64,000 nucleotides of DNA from an uncultured Gammaproteobacteria bacterium. Lineage in GTDB: Bacteria > Pseudomonadota > Gammaproteobacteria > UBA9214. Shown piece after piece: positions 21,269-30,943 of the stretch. The position numbers and the translations under genes were made by a program. Every line of letters starts with the position of its first letter. Within the stretch, counting starts at the first letter, position 1. The stretch lies in contig CAWDLS010000002.1 in NCBI GenBank assembly GCA_963803275.1, positions 99,905-163,904 of the forward strand. Direction: 5' to 3'. The notes under the pieces are model-generated. The model ran no database searches and was not told the origin of the DNA. It worked only from the letters and a program-made list of their open reading frames with translations.

Positions 21269-21884
21269 TGGTGCGTCGCTGTGCCAGCTCGATCTGTTTG
21301 AGTACCTGCTGTGCCTGTTCATTGCCTGGCTCCAGCTGGAGCGCTCTCGATACGGCGTCCCGCGCCTCCGCAAGCTTGCACCTGGCCAACTGTATCTGGG
21401 CCAGCAAGGTGTGCGCCGAGACCATTTCCGGCGCCCGTTCGATGGCGGCGAAAACGCAGTGCAGCGCATCGTCCAGTCGGGACCTGGACGCATACAGGTT
21501 GCCGAGAAAAAGGTGCACCACTGCATCGCCGGGATTCAGGGCAACGAGTCTTCTCGCCTGTTCGATGGCGGCATCCAGATCCTTTTTCAGGACGTAGACG
21601 TTGGCCAGATGGGAGATGATCTCGATACTGCCCGGGCTGATGTCAGCGGCCCGCAACAGACATCGCAGTGCATGGTCTAATTTGCCGGCGCGTACGTATC
21701 CGATCCCCAACTGGTGCCACGCCATTGAATTCACGGGATCTTCGTCGCACACAATATGCAGCAATGACAGGGACGCTGCCAGCTGGCCGGTATCGCGCAA
21801 CGAGACGGCCTTTGCGACCGCGGTGGTTTCGGTGTAGTGTGCAATGGTCATGGAGGGAGGTTCGGTTCGATAGATTGTCAGCAA
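21258..21884 (-). CDS. stand-alone TPR-repeat protein
   Basis: 208-aa ORF with 4-5 TPR repeats (AWHQLGIGYVRAGKLDHA..., VHLFLGNLYASRSRLDDA...); no enzymatic domain; alternative start 21851. Confidence 0.55.
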   Translation of the reverse strand: MLTIYRTEPPSMTIAHYTETTAVAKAVSLRDTGQLAASLSLLHIVCDEDPVNSMAWHQLGIGYVRAGKLDHALRCLLRAADISPGSIEIISHLANVYVLKKDLDAAIEQARRLVALNPGDAVVHLFLGNLYASRSRLDDALHCVFAAIERAPEMVSAHTLLAQIQLARCKLAEARDAVSRALQLEPGNEQAQQVLKQIELAQRRTNDD

Positions 21885-22481
21885 AAATTACAACTAGACG
21901 CCGTTCGTACGGCTGGCATTCACACAACTTGTTGACTTTACAGGAATTATATTGTATTCCCCGGTTGTTGTTATACAGCGTGGTCTACCGTTTTTAATGA
22001 TACGAACCAGCGTTATAGCTCACCCCGTCGCTCAATGATCACGCACTGGATGATGCCAGCTTAGCTACTCTGTATCAGAGAGACTTGTCAGATTGACTGT
22101 ATCAACTCAGAAGCTGTTTTGGAACCATCGAGCGGTTATCGCGGCGACAAGGGAACCAGCCTCGCACCGTCAAGTGTCCGTGTCCTGATGGAGGACTTGG
22201 CCATCACTGCGGTGTCACGGCCCGACCGTCTCCGGGTTCCCGACAACGGCCGGGACTGCACCTGCACCGTCAACCCGAACAATCCGCCTGTCTGGCTCGC
22301 CAGGGACGAACGCTTCAGGATCATGCTCAAGCAGATTTGCATGGCGGATGCACCTGGGATCACTTCCACCCGTTTACGAACTCAATGGTGCCGTCGTAAT
22401 CAGGTCCGGCGCAGATCAATCCACGGTCGTAGCAGAAAATAACCGTTAGACACTAATGCAGCGTCAGCGTGGGATGCAGAC

Positions 22482-23165
22482 ATGTTGAACAAAAATATTG
22501 ACCTGGCGGCCTGCCAGAAAACGTTCCGGGAAACGGGGTTTGTCCGAATCGAGAATGTCCTCGAACCTGCCTACGCCGATAACATAGAAGCCGCCCTGAA
22601 GACCGGCATCAGCTGGGACCTTTGTTACCTGAACGAATCGGGCCCGGTTTCGATACCGCAGGCAGAATACCGGGCCTACACACTGGCACAGTCGGCCGAG
22701 CTAAACAGCGCAATTCTGAAGCAGGCGCAGAACGGGTTCGCGTATTTTTACTATCGTTCGGACCTGGTCCGAAGCAAGCACGAGGTACTCAGTACCTTTT
22801 ACCGCGAGCTGTCCGCTGATCATTGCCTCGGAGTATTCCGGCAGATCACCGGCGAAACGGGGATCAGGGCCGTCAATGGACAGGTTGCCTGTTTTACACC
22901 GGCCTGTTTTCTGAAGCGGCACCAGGACACGACCGACAAGGAAAAGCGGTTCGCCGCCTATGTATTCAACTTTACCCGCGGGTGGGACCCGGACTGGGGC
23001 GGGCATCTGCACGTTCTCGACAAGGAACTCAGGAACGTCAATGTCTTCGAGCCGAGTTTCAATACCTTAGTCATCTTCAAGGTGCCCAGGATTCACTTCG
23101 TGTCCCAGGTCAGCAACTATGCACGTGGAGCTCGCTTTACAGCGACAGGTTGGCTGCTGGGCTGA
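22482..23165 (+). CDS. 2OG-Fe(II) oxygenase family protein (paralog A)
   Basis: HxD (FLKRHQDTTD) ... GWDPDWGGHLH ... second His; 227 aa; paralogous to 24247-24945. Confidence 0.55.
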   Translation: MLNKNIDLAACQKTFRETGFVRIENVLEPAYADNIEAALKTGISWDLCYLNESGPVSIPQAEYRAYTLAQSAELNSAILKQAQNGFAYFYYRSDLVRSKHEVLSTFYRELSADHCLGVFRQITGETGIRAVNGQVACFTPACFLKRHQDTTDKEKRFAAYVFNFTRGWDPDWGGHLHVLDKELRNVNVFEPSFNTLVIFKVPRIHFVSQVSNYARGARFTATGWLLG

Positions 23166-23167
23166 TA

Positions 23168-24246
23168 TCAGCCACGGTCGGACATGCCAGTCTCACCATC
23201 AAACCGCACCGGTGCATCCCATCCCTCGAAGCTTTCCATCCAGTCCAGACCAACCTGAATCTCAGCCTCGTGGTGCTCTGACAGGACCAGCATTTCATAC
23301 TGCCGCTCGGCCGATGAATAGCTCCTGGTCGTGTCCTTGGAGTGTTTCTGCCAGAGGCCGGAATCGATGACTGCATCGATGTCCGCCTCATTCAGGCCAA
23401 GAGCCAGAACCCGGTTGCTGTCCAGCAGGACGCGGCGGGTATCGGATAGCAGTTGCGCCGAGCTATGCACATGCATTGATCTGATCGCTCCCTCAGTACC
23501 TTCCTGTAGCTATGGATCTGTGTCATCCATACCTAAGCCGCCGACTCGGCATCGGGCAAGCCGGATACATCCACCGCATGGAGTACCGAATGTGTGTCCA
23601 CCGCGTTCTCCCGTCGCGAACGTCCGAGGAAGTTTTTTAGAAACTGCCGTCGTCCTGCGGTTTTCAGGTTGGATGCAATAAACTCCCTGGCCTGCGAATA
23701 AAGCAGAATGGCCCTGCTGTCTTCATGCAATGCGAGAATGTCGGTGATTATATTGTTGCATGAATCAGTGGGTTTGATGACGGTGGTTTCTGCTCCGCTC
23801 CACGCCTTGGATAACATCGACAGGGAAAAGCGTAACAGTTCCGGCCATCGACCGGTCACAAATTGCGGGTACTCCGCGGATCTTCGCCTGGCGACGGCAG
23901 GCTGATGCAAGTGAACCGGTTCGCGATAGACCATCGTACGGCCGGCGATATCGAAGGCCCGGCTCAGCAGCGTTGAGCAGCAATATGCCGTATGAAAGAT
24001 CAGCCGGCCTGGAGGCAGACTCGATGAAAGGTCGATGGCCATGGCCTGGTCGATGGCTAACCCGTACTGATTGAGGGTCGGGCTGACAAGCCGGTCATCG
24101 AGAAAACTGCTTTCCCGAAATGATTCCCGCGTCATTTCCCGGAAGATGGCAATCCTGGAGTGAAAGTCGTACTTGTGGAAGTACAAATCGGGATTTCTGA
24201 TACGCGCGATCAGGTTCTGCATATGAGCGACTACGTCTTTGCACAC
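23168..24246 (-). pseudogene. uncharacterized-family protein (paralog of 25126-26181) interrupted between about 23476 and 23535
   Basis: ORF 23533-24246 (..IFHTAYCCSTLLSRAFDIAG..IKPTDSCNNI..) aligns with the N-terminal 230 aa of the 351-aa paralog, and ORF 23168-23476 (..DAVIDSGLWQKHSKDT..) aligns with its C-terminus (..DAQLGQVLSGPVFQQHSKSG..); one gene split by frameshift/stop, possibly a sequencing indel. Confidence 0.5.
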
Positions 24247-24945
24247 TTATACCGTCAGCCACCCGGTAATGCTGTACCGCGGCCGTGGTGCGAACGGCAT
24301 CACGTAGGATACGAGATGACGCACCGGCACGGCAAAGATCAGCAGTGAGTTGTAGAGCGGTACGTAGGTATCCGTTACGCTGCCGTCGCGTTCCAGAAAA
24401 TGCGTCAATCCTCCCCAGTCGGGGTGCCAGCCCTTGCTGAGGTTGAACACGAAGGCCGCCCGCCGCTCTGCCTTCTGTGTATCATCGTGCATCATCAGGA
24501 AATCGCCGCCCGAATAGCGCGCCGCCAGAATCTCGATACTGCATACCTCGGGCATGCCTGTTACCGAACGTGCAAAGTCGAAAAACCGGTCCGATTTGAG
24601 GAAATCCCTGAATGTGTTGACGTAGGCATCCACGCGGCACAGTTCCTTGTTCCGGTCGGAAACCGAGTAATGGCCGTAGCAGAACTGGAATCCGAGTGAA
24701 CCGAGCGCGGTGATCTTTTTCTGGATTGTCTCCCACTGGGCATTGGTCATATTGGCCCGTTGCTCCCGGGAAAACACGCAGGCAGAGCCTTTTTCCATAT
24801 ACGCCATCTGCCACGGGATATCCAGATCAAGCGACCGGAGGACGTTTTCAGCGACCTCTTCGTTCAGTGCATTCCTGATCAGGATGCGGTTCTTGCGCAC
24901 GAATTCCGTGTGCAACTGATCCGGGTCCAACTGGCTGTTCAACAT
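24247..24945 (-). CDS. 2OG-Fe(II) oxygenase family protein (paralog B)
   Basis: LMMHDDTQ (HxD) ... GWHPDWGGLTHF; 232 aa; about 35-40% identical by eye to 22482-23165. Confidence 0.55.
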   Translation of the reverse strand: MLNSQLDPDQLHTEFVRKNRILIRNALNEEVAENVLRSLDLDIPWQMAYMEKGSACVFSREQRANMTNAQWETIQKKITALGSLGFQFCYGHYSVSDRNKELCRVDAYVNTFRDFLKSDRFFDFARSVTGMPEVCSIEILAARYSGGDFLMMHDDTQKAERRAAFVFNLSKGWHPDWGGLTHFLERDGSVTDTYVPLYNSLLIFAVPVRHLVSYVMPFAPRPRYSITGWLTV

Positions 24946-25125
24946 ACTGGTTCACCCTGGCATGGCGGTTATTCCGCAAATGGTAGCGCACGCTGGCCGA
25001 ATTTACGGACAAAGGCACGACACTGGAATTATAATGAATTTCACGGCCCGCTGCCCGGGTGAGTGTCGGCACATCAAACCATCACCACATTGTGAGAGGC
25101 ACGGCAAAGGGAAAACGAGAAACGC

Positions 25126-26181
25126 ATGATGTCGCTACCGCAACTGCTTGCCACCCCGGAGTGGTTCCCGGATGCCATCTACGCTGACCGTGGATTGCTC
25201 GATTGCTACCGTGTCAACAGGCACCTGTTGTCCGACAGCCCTTTCCTGGATCAGCGTATGACGACCCGATCCGCGGGCAAGGTGCAGGCAGCCTTTTCCT
25301 ACGACGACCTGGCGAAACTGGCGGATGGCGTACGAACAGACCGCATCGGCTTTGTATTCCATACCTCGTTCTGTCGCTCGACCCTGATGGCGCAGGCATT
25401 GCACATCGACGGGTTCAGTTTTTCGCTGAAGGAACCCTCATTCCTGCTTTCCCTTGCCGAATCGATTCGTTACACGCAGGCCTTGCGCGAACCGGACAGG
25501 GTTCGCGTGGCACTTTCGGCCATGCTAAGGCTCGCAACCGGCCTGGTGGAACCAGACGAGAAGACGATCATCAAACCGACCAACTTCGCAAACAACCTTC
25601 TGCCCTATGTCGCGGAGACCGGTGCAAAGATACTGCTGATGTATTCCGGGCTACGCAGCTACCTGATATCGATTCTGAAGTACGGCGAACGGGGGCGCGC
25701 GTTTGCGCGGCAACTCTACACACGGCTGATGGCAGATTGTACAGAGCTCGGGAACATGGAACCCAGGCAGGCGCTGTTACAGACGGATCTCCAGATCGCG
25801 GCGCTGGTCTGGCAGCAGCAGACGGACCTGTTTAAAAAGGTCATCGGCAACGCATTGCATGGTCAGATACGTACCCTCGACAGCGACGTATTTGGCGCCC
25901 ACCCGGGTGCGGTACTTGCCGAGTTGTTCAGGTTCTTCGACATACCGGTCTCGGACGCACAGCTCGGGCAAGTCCTGTCGGGCCCGGTATTTCAGCAGCA
26001 TTCCAAGAGCGGAAAACCGGTTGATGAGCAGGCGATCCTGCGTCAGACCCGGGAGATCGCGGAGCAATACCACGAGGAACTCGAGACCACCATGCGATGG
26101 GCACAGTCCACCACTTTCAGCAGTCAATTCACGGTACCATTGCCGAATAACCTGACCGTACCAGGTGCCGCTGGAATGTAA
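25126..26181 (+). CDS. uncharacterized-family protein (partner of the oxygenases; weak resemblance to a sulfotransferase PAPS loop)
   Basis: 351 aa; FVFHTSFCRSTLMAQAL and IIKPTNFANNLLPYV segments shared with 23168-24246; no confident domain call. Confidence 0.5.
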   Translation: MMSLPQLLATPEWFPDAIYADRGLLDCYRVNRHLLSDSPFLDQRMTTRSAGKVQAAFSYDDLAKLADGVRTDRIGFVFHTSFCRSTLMAQALHIDGFSFSLKEPSFLLSLAESIRYTQALREPDRVRVALSAMLRLATGLVEPDEKTIIKPTNFANNLLPYVAETGAKILLMYSGLRSYLISILKYGERGRAFARQLYTRLMADCTELGNMEPRQALLQTDLQIAALVWQQQTDLFKKVIGNALHGQIRTLDSDVFGAHPGAVLAELFRFFDIPVSDAQLGQVLSGPVFQQHSKSGKPVDEQAILRQTREIAEQYHEELETTMRWAQSTTFSSQFTVPLPNNLTVPGAAGM

Positions 26182-26186
26182 TTCGC

Positions 26187-27689
26187 GTGGCGGGACCGGA
26201 CGAAATCGACTGCACCGAACCGGACGCCAGGCTCCGCGCCCGATCACTGCTTGCCGCAGGCAACGCCGAGGCCGCCTATGAGCTGCTCCGGACGGCGTGC
26301 CGGTCATATAACTGCGATGCCGAAACCTGGTTTCTGTTCGCGGGTGTGAGCGCGGAGCTCAATCGGTTCGATGAAGTTGTCGAGGGCTGCCGGCGCACCG
26401 TGGAGCTGGAGCCGCACCATGCGCGGGCCTGGTACAATCTCGGGCTGGCCTGTTTCCACCTTGGCCGGCTGAAGGATGCCGTATTCGCCTACCAGTCGGC
26501 GCTCGCCATCGAACCGGACTCACCAGCCATTCTCGGCAACCTCGGCGCGACCTGGCTGGAATCGGGTGATCCGGTACGTGCCCTCGAATGCTGCGCCAGG
26601 GCGGTGGAACTCGATCCGCGATCGGTGACAGCCTTCAATTCCCTGGGCATTGCCTACCGTGAACTGGGCCGCTACGATGATGCCCTGGACGCATTCGAAC
26701 GGGGTGCGCGGGTCGACCCGGAAAACACGGATGTACACTGGAACCGCGCGCTGGCACTGCTCAAGATCGGGGATTTCCAACGGGGCTGGGACGAGTTCGA
26801 ATGGCGCTGGCGTTATGAGAAGGCGATGCTGCGGACAACGCCGTATCCTGCATGGAGGCGCAAGCGGCCGGTTAATCCACTGCTTGTTTACATGGAGCAG
26901 GGCATCGGCGACCAGATCATGTTCGCCTCCTGCCTGCCGAGTCTGCTGGCCACGGGCAGTCGCGTGATCGTCGAGTGTGAGCCAAGACTGGTGCCGTTGT
27001 TCGAGCGTTCCTTTCCCGGTGCCCGGTTTCATGGCGGTTCCTGGGATGAGCGGCGCGCAGAGTGCCAGATACCGATCCAGTGCCAGATTCCGATGGGCAG
27101 TCTGCCACGGCTGTTCCGGCGCGACCGGGGGGCGTTCCCCGCGCACGCGGGCTATCTTTCGGCAGATGAGAGGCTGATCTCGCACTGGCGTGCCACGCTT
27201 GCCGCCCTGGGTGACGGCCTGAGGGTCGGGATTTCCTGGCGTGGCGGCAAGGACGAGCGCACCCGGGCCAGGCGGACGATTCCGCTGCCCGCCTGGCGTG
27301 AGGTGGCCAGCATCGGCAACGTGGTGTTCATCGACATTCAGTATGGCGACCGGCGCGAGGAGATCCAGGCGGCGCACAGGGCCGGCATGGATCTCCACTC
27401 GATCGCCGGTGTGGATGCCATGACCGACCTCGATACATTCGCCGCCCTGCTCAAGGCACTCGACCTCGTGGTGACCGTGGACAACAGCACCCTGCACCTG
27501 GCAGGCGCGCTCGGTGTCGAGACCTGGGGTCTGCTGCCGTATGATTCGGACTGGCGTTGGGAGACGGGCAAGAACCGTACGCTCTGGTATCCGGGTGTAC
27601 GGTTATTTCACCAGACAGGTCGCGGAGACTGGACGGATGTGATCGGGTCCCTCAGCGCCGAACTTGCCGTCAGGGCGGCGGAACTTTGA
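26187..27689 (+). CDS. TPR-repeat + glycosyltransferase family 9 (heptosyltransferase-fold) protein
   Basis: N-terminal TPRs then LLVYMEQGIGDQIMFASCLPSL ... ISWRGG ... VVTVDNSTLHLAGALGVETWGLLP typical of GT9 enzymes; GTG start. Confidence 0.6.
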   Translation: MAGPDEIDCTEPDARLRARSLLAAGNAEAAYELLRTACRSYNCDAETWFLFAGVSAELNRFDEVVEGCRRTVELEPHHARAWYNLGLACFHLGRLKDAVFAYQSALAIEPDSPAILGNLGATWLESGDPVRALECCARAVELDPRSVTAFNSLGIAYRELGRYDDALDAFERGARVDPENTDVHWNRALALLKIGDFQRGWDEFEWRWRYEKAMLRTTPYPAWRRKRPVNPLLVYMEQGIGDQIMFASCLPSLLATGSRVIVECEPRLVPLFERSFPGARFHGGSWDERRAECQIPIQCQIPMGSLPRLFRRDRGAFPAHAGYLSADERLISHWRATLAALGDGLRVGISWRGGKDERTRARRTIPLPAWREVASIGNVVFIDIQYGDRREEIQAAHRAGMDLHSIAGVDAMTDLDTFAALLKALDLVVTVDNSTLHLAGALGVETWGLLPYDSDWRWETGKNRTLWYPGVRLFHQTGRGDWTDVIGSLSAELAVRAAEL

Positions 27690-27705
27690 GGCTGACAACC
27701 AGGAC

Positions 27706-28530
27706 ATGACCTGCTTCTTCATTGGCGGAGCCCCCCGCTCCGGCGGCACCCTGCTCACGAGTATCCTCTGCTCCGACCGCACGACCAACCCGATGTTGCG
27801 TGAGGCACATTACCTGCGCGAGATGGTGCAGGCTTACCGGCAAGGCAAGCAGTTCTTCAATACCCTGGAGGGGGGCCACTTCTTCAGCGACTCCGAAGAC
27901 CTGCGACAGTTCTCCGCGACCTGGGTCCAGGCCTTCCTCGATAAACTCGGCGCCCGGTACGCATCCGCCTCCCATCTGGTGCTGAAGAGCTTTCTGATGA
28001 GCGTGATGTTTCCCGCCGTGTTCGAACTGCTGCCGGAGGCCAGGTTTCTGATCTCGGTGCGGGACCCGCGTGACATCGCCTGTTCGCAGATCGACGTCGG
28101 AGAACGGCAACGCCGGCAGGGGCTGAACGTCCGTTTCCCGCGCGATGTCACCCGGCTGTCGCGCGAGAACCGCCACTACTATCTGCCGTCCATGACCTTC
28201 CGTCACCCCGGTTTCCAGAGTCAGGTGCTGTTCGTGCGCTACGAGGATCTGGTTCAGCAGCCAGACACCGAGGTAGGACGGATCCGGGCATTTACCGGTC
28301 TGGCGCTGGAAGAATACAATCCGGACGGGTCCTGGTCCGGCGGCGGGCGCGATTTCAACGGTGACCGCGAATCCGGCGACCCTTACATCAACGACCTCTT
28401 TGGCAAGGGTGTCACATCCAGGCGTGTGGGCCGCTACCGGGAAATGCTTACGCCCGGAGAGATCCAGGCGGTCGAGACAGAGTGTGCGCCATTGTTTGCT
28501 ACATTTGGGTATGAGCCAGGTCCTGAATGA
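27706..28530 (+). CDS. sulfotransferase-domain protein (no TPR)
   Basis: MTCFFIGGAPRSGGTLLTSIL (PAPS 5'-phosphate loop) and ISVRDPRDIACS (3'-phosphate motif). Confidence 0.6.
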   Translation: MTCFFIGGAPRSGGTLLTSILCSDRTTNPMLREAHYLREMVQAYRQGKQFFNTLEGGHFFSDSEDLRQFSATWVQAFLDKLGARYASASHLVLKSFLMSVMFPAVFELLPEARFLISVRDPRDIACSQIDVGERQRRQGLNVRFPRDVTRLSRENRHYYLPSMTFRHPGFQSQVLFVRYEDLVQQPDTEVGRIRAFTGLALEEYNPDGSWSGGGRDFNGDRESGDPYINDLFGKGVTSRRVGRYREMLTPGEIQAVETECAPLFATFGYEPGPE

Positions 28531-28878
28531 CAGGGTAGTCTGATACAGCGATGCAGATCGCATTCTCCAGTATCTGCGGTGCGTGCATCGGATTCAGGGT
28601 GAAGCCCGCTTAACAGTTTATCTACGCAATCTGTTGCACGCCCGAATGTTTCAGTACATACAAGGTTTACGTAACGAGAGCATTTTCCGCCGGGATGTAC
28701 ACCATGCAATTCCAACGGGAAGACTGTTTTCGATTGGAGTCCGGCCGTATGTCGGATTCTTCAGGTTTTCCTCATCTTTCTTTAGATATAGGATATCGAG
28801 CATGCAGGCCGTTGGAAGGTTACCGGCAAACGGGTAACAAAGCTGTATCACCAATAGTTCGAGAAGGGATTGAGCACC

Positions 28879-29931
28879 ATGCTGTCATCTTGGTCCATTG
28901 ACGAAATGTTTGCGGAATTCCGTGCGCTCGGTGGCACGGCCGACAATGTAGAGCAGCGAGAAGGCCCCTTTGGTTCGGGTCTGTTTCCGGTCGACCCGGC
29001 GCAGCCAGTCGCTGTCCACATACCTGCTGCCATGCTTGTCCCCAGCCGGCATGTGATTCAGGAAGGAATAGACCTGGTCGTGTCACCGGCATCTCACCTC
29101 GATCCACAGGTGAAGGATTTCTTCACCCGCTACCAGCGTGCGTTTTCCTGGGGGGGCGAGGCGCGCACGAGTATTGAGACTTTTCACGGGCAGTTTGCCG
29201 AACTGCCTGACGATATTGTGCGAGCGCTCGCGAAGATCGGCATCGAGATCAATCAACCGCTCAGCAAGGAATGGTTACCCTTTGAGCTATTCAAGATGAG
29301 CAGAACCTTTACATATCACGATGAGCCGGTTTTCATGCCTGTTATCGATCTGATCAATCATGGACGCGATGCACAGGGCTTCGATACCAGGGATGGAATC
29401 CGTGTTGCGGGTTCATTCCCGGGCGAGGTCCTCGTTCACTATGGACCTGCAGACAGCATTGGCCGCTTCTTCAGCCAACAGTTCGTCAGCGACGAATTGT
29501 CGGCGTTCTCTCTGACAATCACGATTCCCGTCGCAGCCGGCGGGAAAACCCTTTACGTTGGTCGCCGGATCTTTGAGAAGCAGACGGCGAGCGCCATGCC
29601 GCTGCTTCCGGTAGTTCGGGAGGACGGTGACCGCGTCACGCTCTCTCACCTGATGCTGGGGAACGAACGTATGCCGCGCCTTCCAAGGACCCTTTTCCGG
29701 CAGGTTCTGCCATCCCTTGCGACTGAACAGGCCGACGAGCTGTTCCAGAGAATCGTAAACACCAATATACTGTTGCTCATCGGCCTGCTTGATGCGCTTG
29801 ACGCACGCGAAGACGAGATAGCGCGACAACTCCGGAGGGTAGCCCGGCTCCAGCTCAAGGATATAGCCCAGTCTTATGGGGCACTGGACTCAGACGCAAT
29901 CATTATGAAACGCAAGGTTATTCAGCAATAG
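28879..29931 (+). CDS. hypothetical protein with SET-domain-like motifs (possible protein-lysine methyltransferase)
   Basis: ATG 28879 preceded by GAGAAGGGA RBS; VIDLINHGRDAQGFD and GEVLVHYGP resemble the SET NH-x-C/PN and GEEL-x-x-YG motifs; low confidence. Confidence 0.4.
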   Translation: MLSSWSIDEMFAEFRALGGTADNVEQREGPFGSGLFPVDPAQPVAVHIPAAMLVPSRHVIQEGIDLVVSPASHLDPQVKDFFTRYQRAFSWGGEARTSIETFHGQFAELPDDIVRALAKIGIEINQPLSKEWLPFELFKMSRTFTYHDEPVFMPVIDLINHGRDAQGFDTRDGIRVAGSFPGEVLVHYGPADSIGRFFSQQFVSDELSAFSLTITIPVAAGGKTLYVGRRIFEKQTASAMPLLPVVREDGDRVTLSHLMLGNERMPRLPRTLFRQVLPSLATEQADELFQRIVNTNILLLIGLLDALDAREDEIARQLRRVARLQLKDIAQSYGALDSDAIIMKRKVIQQ

Positions 29932-29954
29932 GCCATCTGTTCACGAGACAACCC

Positions 29955-30857
29955 ATGCCGAACAGCCACTATCAATCTGCCGTATCACCTGATTACTGGA
30001 AAAATCTGAGCCCGGATCTGCATATTACCGACTTTCCGTTCAAGGACTTTCCACATTTCCCGATTCCGGATTCTCAAATCCTGCAGAGCTTCCAGAACCT
30101 GAAACAGGAGGGGTATTTTCAAACCCCGCCTGTCATCCCTAAGGCTATGACGGCACGCCTTGCCGCGACGGTTCACAACATCGTATCGGCCGGTTTCCCT
30201 GCCGTGTTCGCATTTGTATATGACGAATACTGGGGTATTGTCAGAGGAATAGAGCAAATCTTCAAACCTGCGCTCGGTGAAAACTATTTGTTGAGTCCGG
30301 GTGACATGTGGATTTGGCATGTAGACGAGCACGGCCGAAGCTCGGGCTGGGGCCCGCACAGAGACTTGCTGGATACAACCAGCCTTCGAACCGACGGGAG
30401 CCCACGAATTCTCACGGTTTGGGTTCCGCTCACTGATGCAACTCCTCTCAACGGATGCATCTATCTGGTACCGACTCATCGGGACCCGGATTACCCCGAC
30501 AAACTGAATGAGCGATCCGTAGCCTTGGATACGTTGCAGAGCATCCGCGCCCTGCCCGCGGCTTCAGGCAGCCTGCTCGGCTGGAGTCCGGTTATCCTGC
30601 ACTGGGGTGGCCGTCACAGTGGCCACAGCGAAGGAGCAAGAATCAGCGTCGCCTTTTATCTCAATGATGGCGCTCCTGATCTCGACGGCGGGATTTCGGC
30701 CAGAGAAAGTACATTTGTGCCTTTCTGGTACAGGCTTGGTGCAATAGGTGCGATGTTATCGCTGTTCGATGGCAGCCCGCTTGCCAGTGATTTGCGTTTC
30801 CCGACCGCACTTAAGTCTGTATTGCAACCCTATCTTGACCGGGTAAGACGCAGTTGA
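29955..30857 (+). CDS. PhyH-like 2OG-Fe(II) oxygenase
   Basis: WIWHVDEHG ... GPHRD ... HWGGRHSGH; HxD/E...H facial triad arrangement. Confidence 0.5.
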   Translation: MPNSHYQSAVSPDYWKNLSPDLHITDFPFKDFPHFPIPDSQILQSFQNLKQEGYFQTPPVIPKAMTARLAATVHNIVSAGFPAVFAFVYDEYWGIVRGIEQIFKPALGENYLLSPGDMWIWHVDEHGRSSGWGPHRDLLDTTSLRTDGSPRILTVWVPLTDATPLNGCIYLVPTHRDPDYPDKLNERSVALDTLQSIRALPAASGSLLGWSPVILHWGGRHSGHSEGARISVAFYLNDGAPDLDGGISARESTFVPFWYRLGAIGAMLSLFDGSPLASDLRFPTALKSVLQPYLDRVRRS

Positions 30858-30943
30858 CAGCGGATTCGAGCCTGTCAATGAGCCACTGCGCCGCTGTCCT
30901 CGTGAAGGTGTTCCACGCCTGCCATTTCTGCAGCACAACATAG

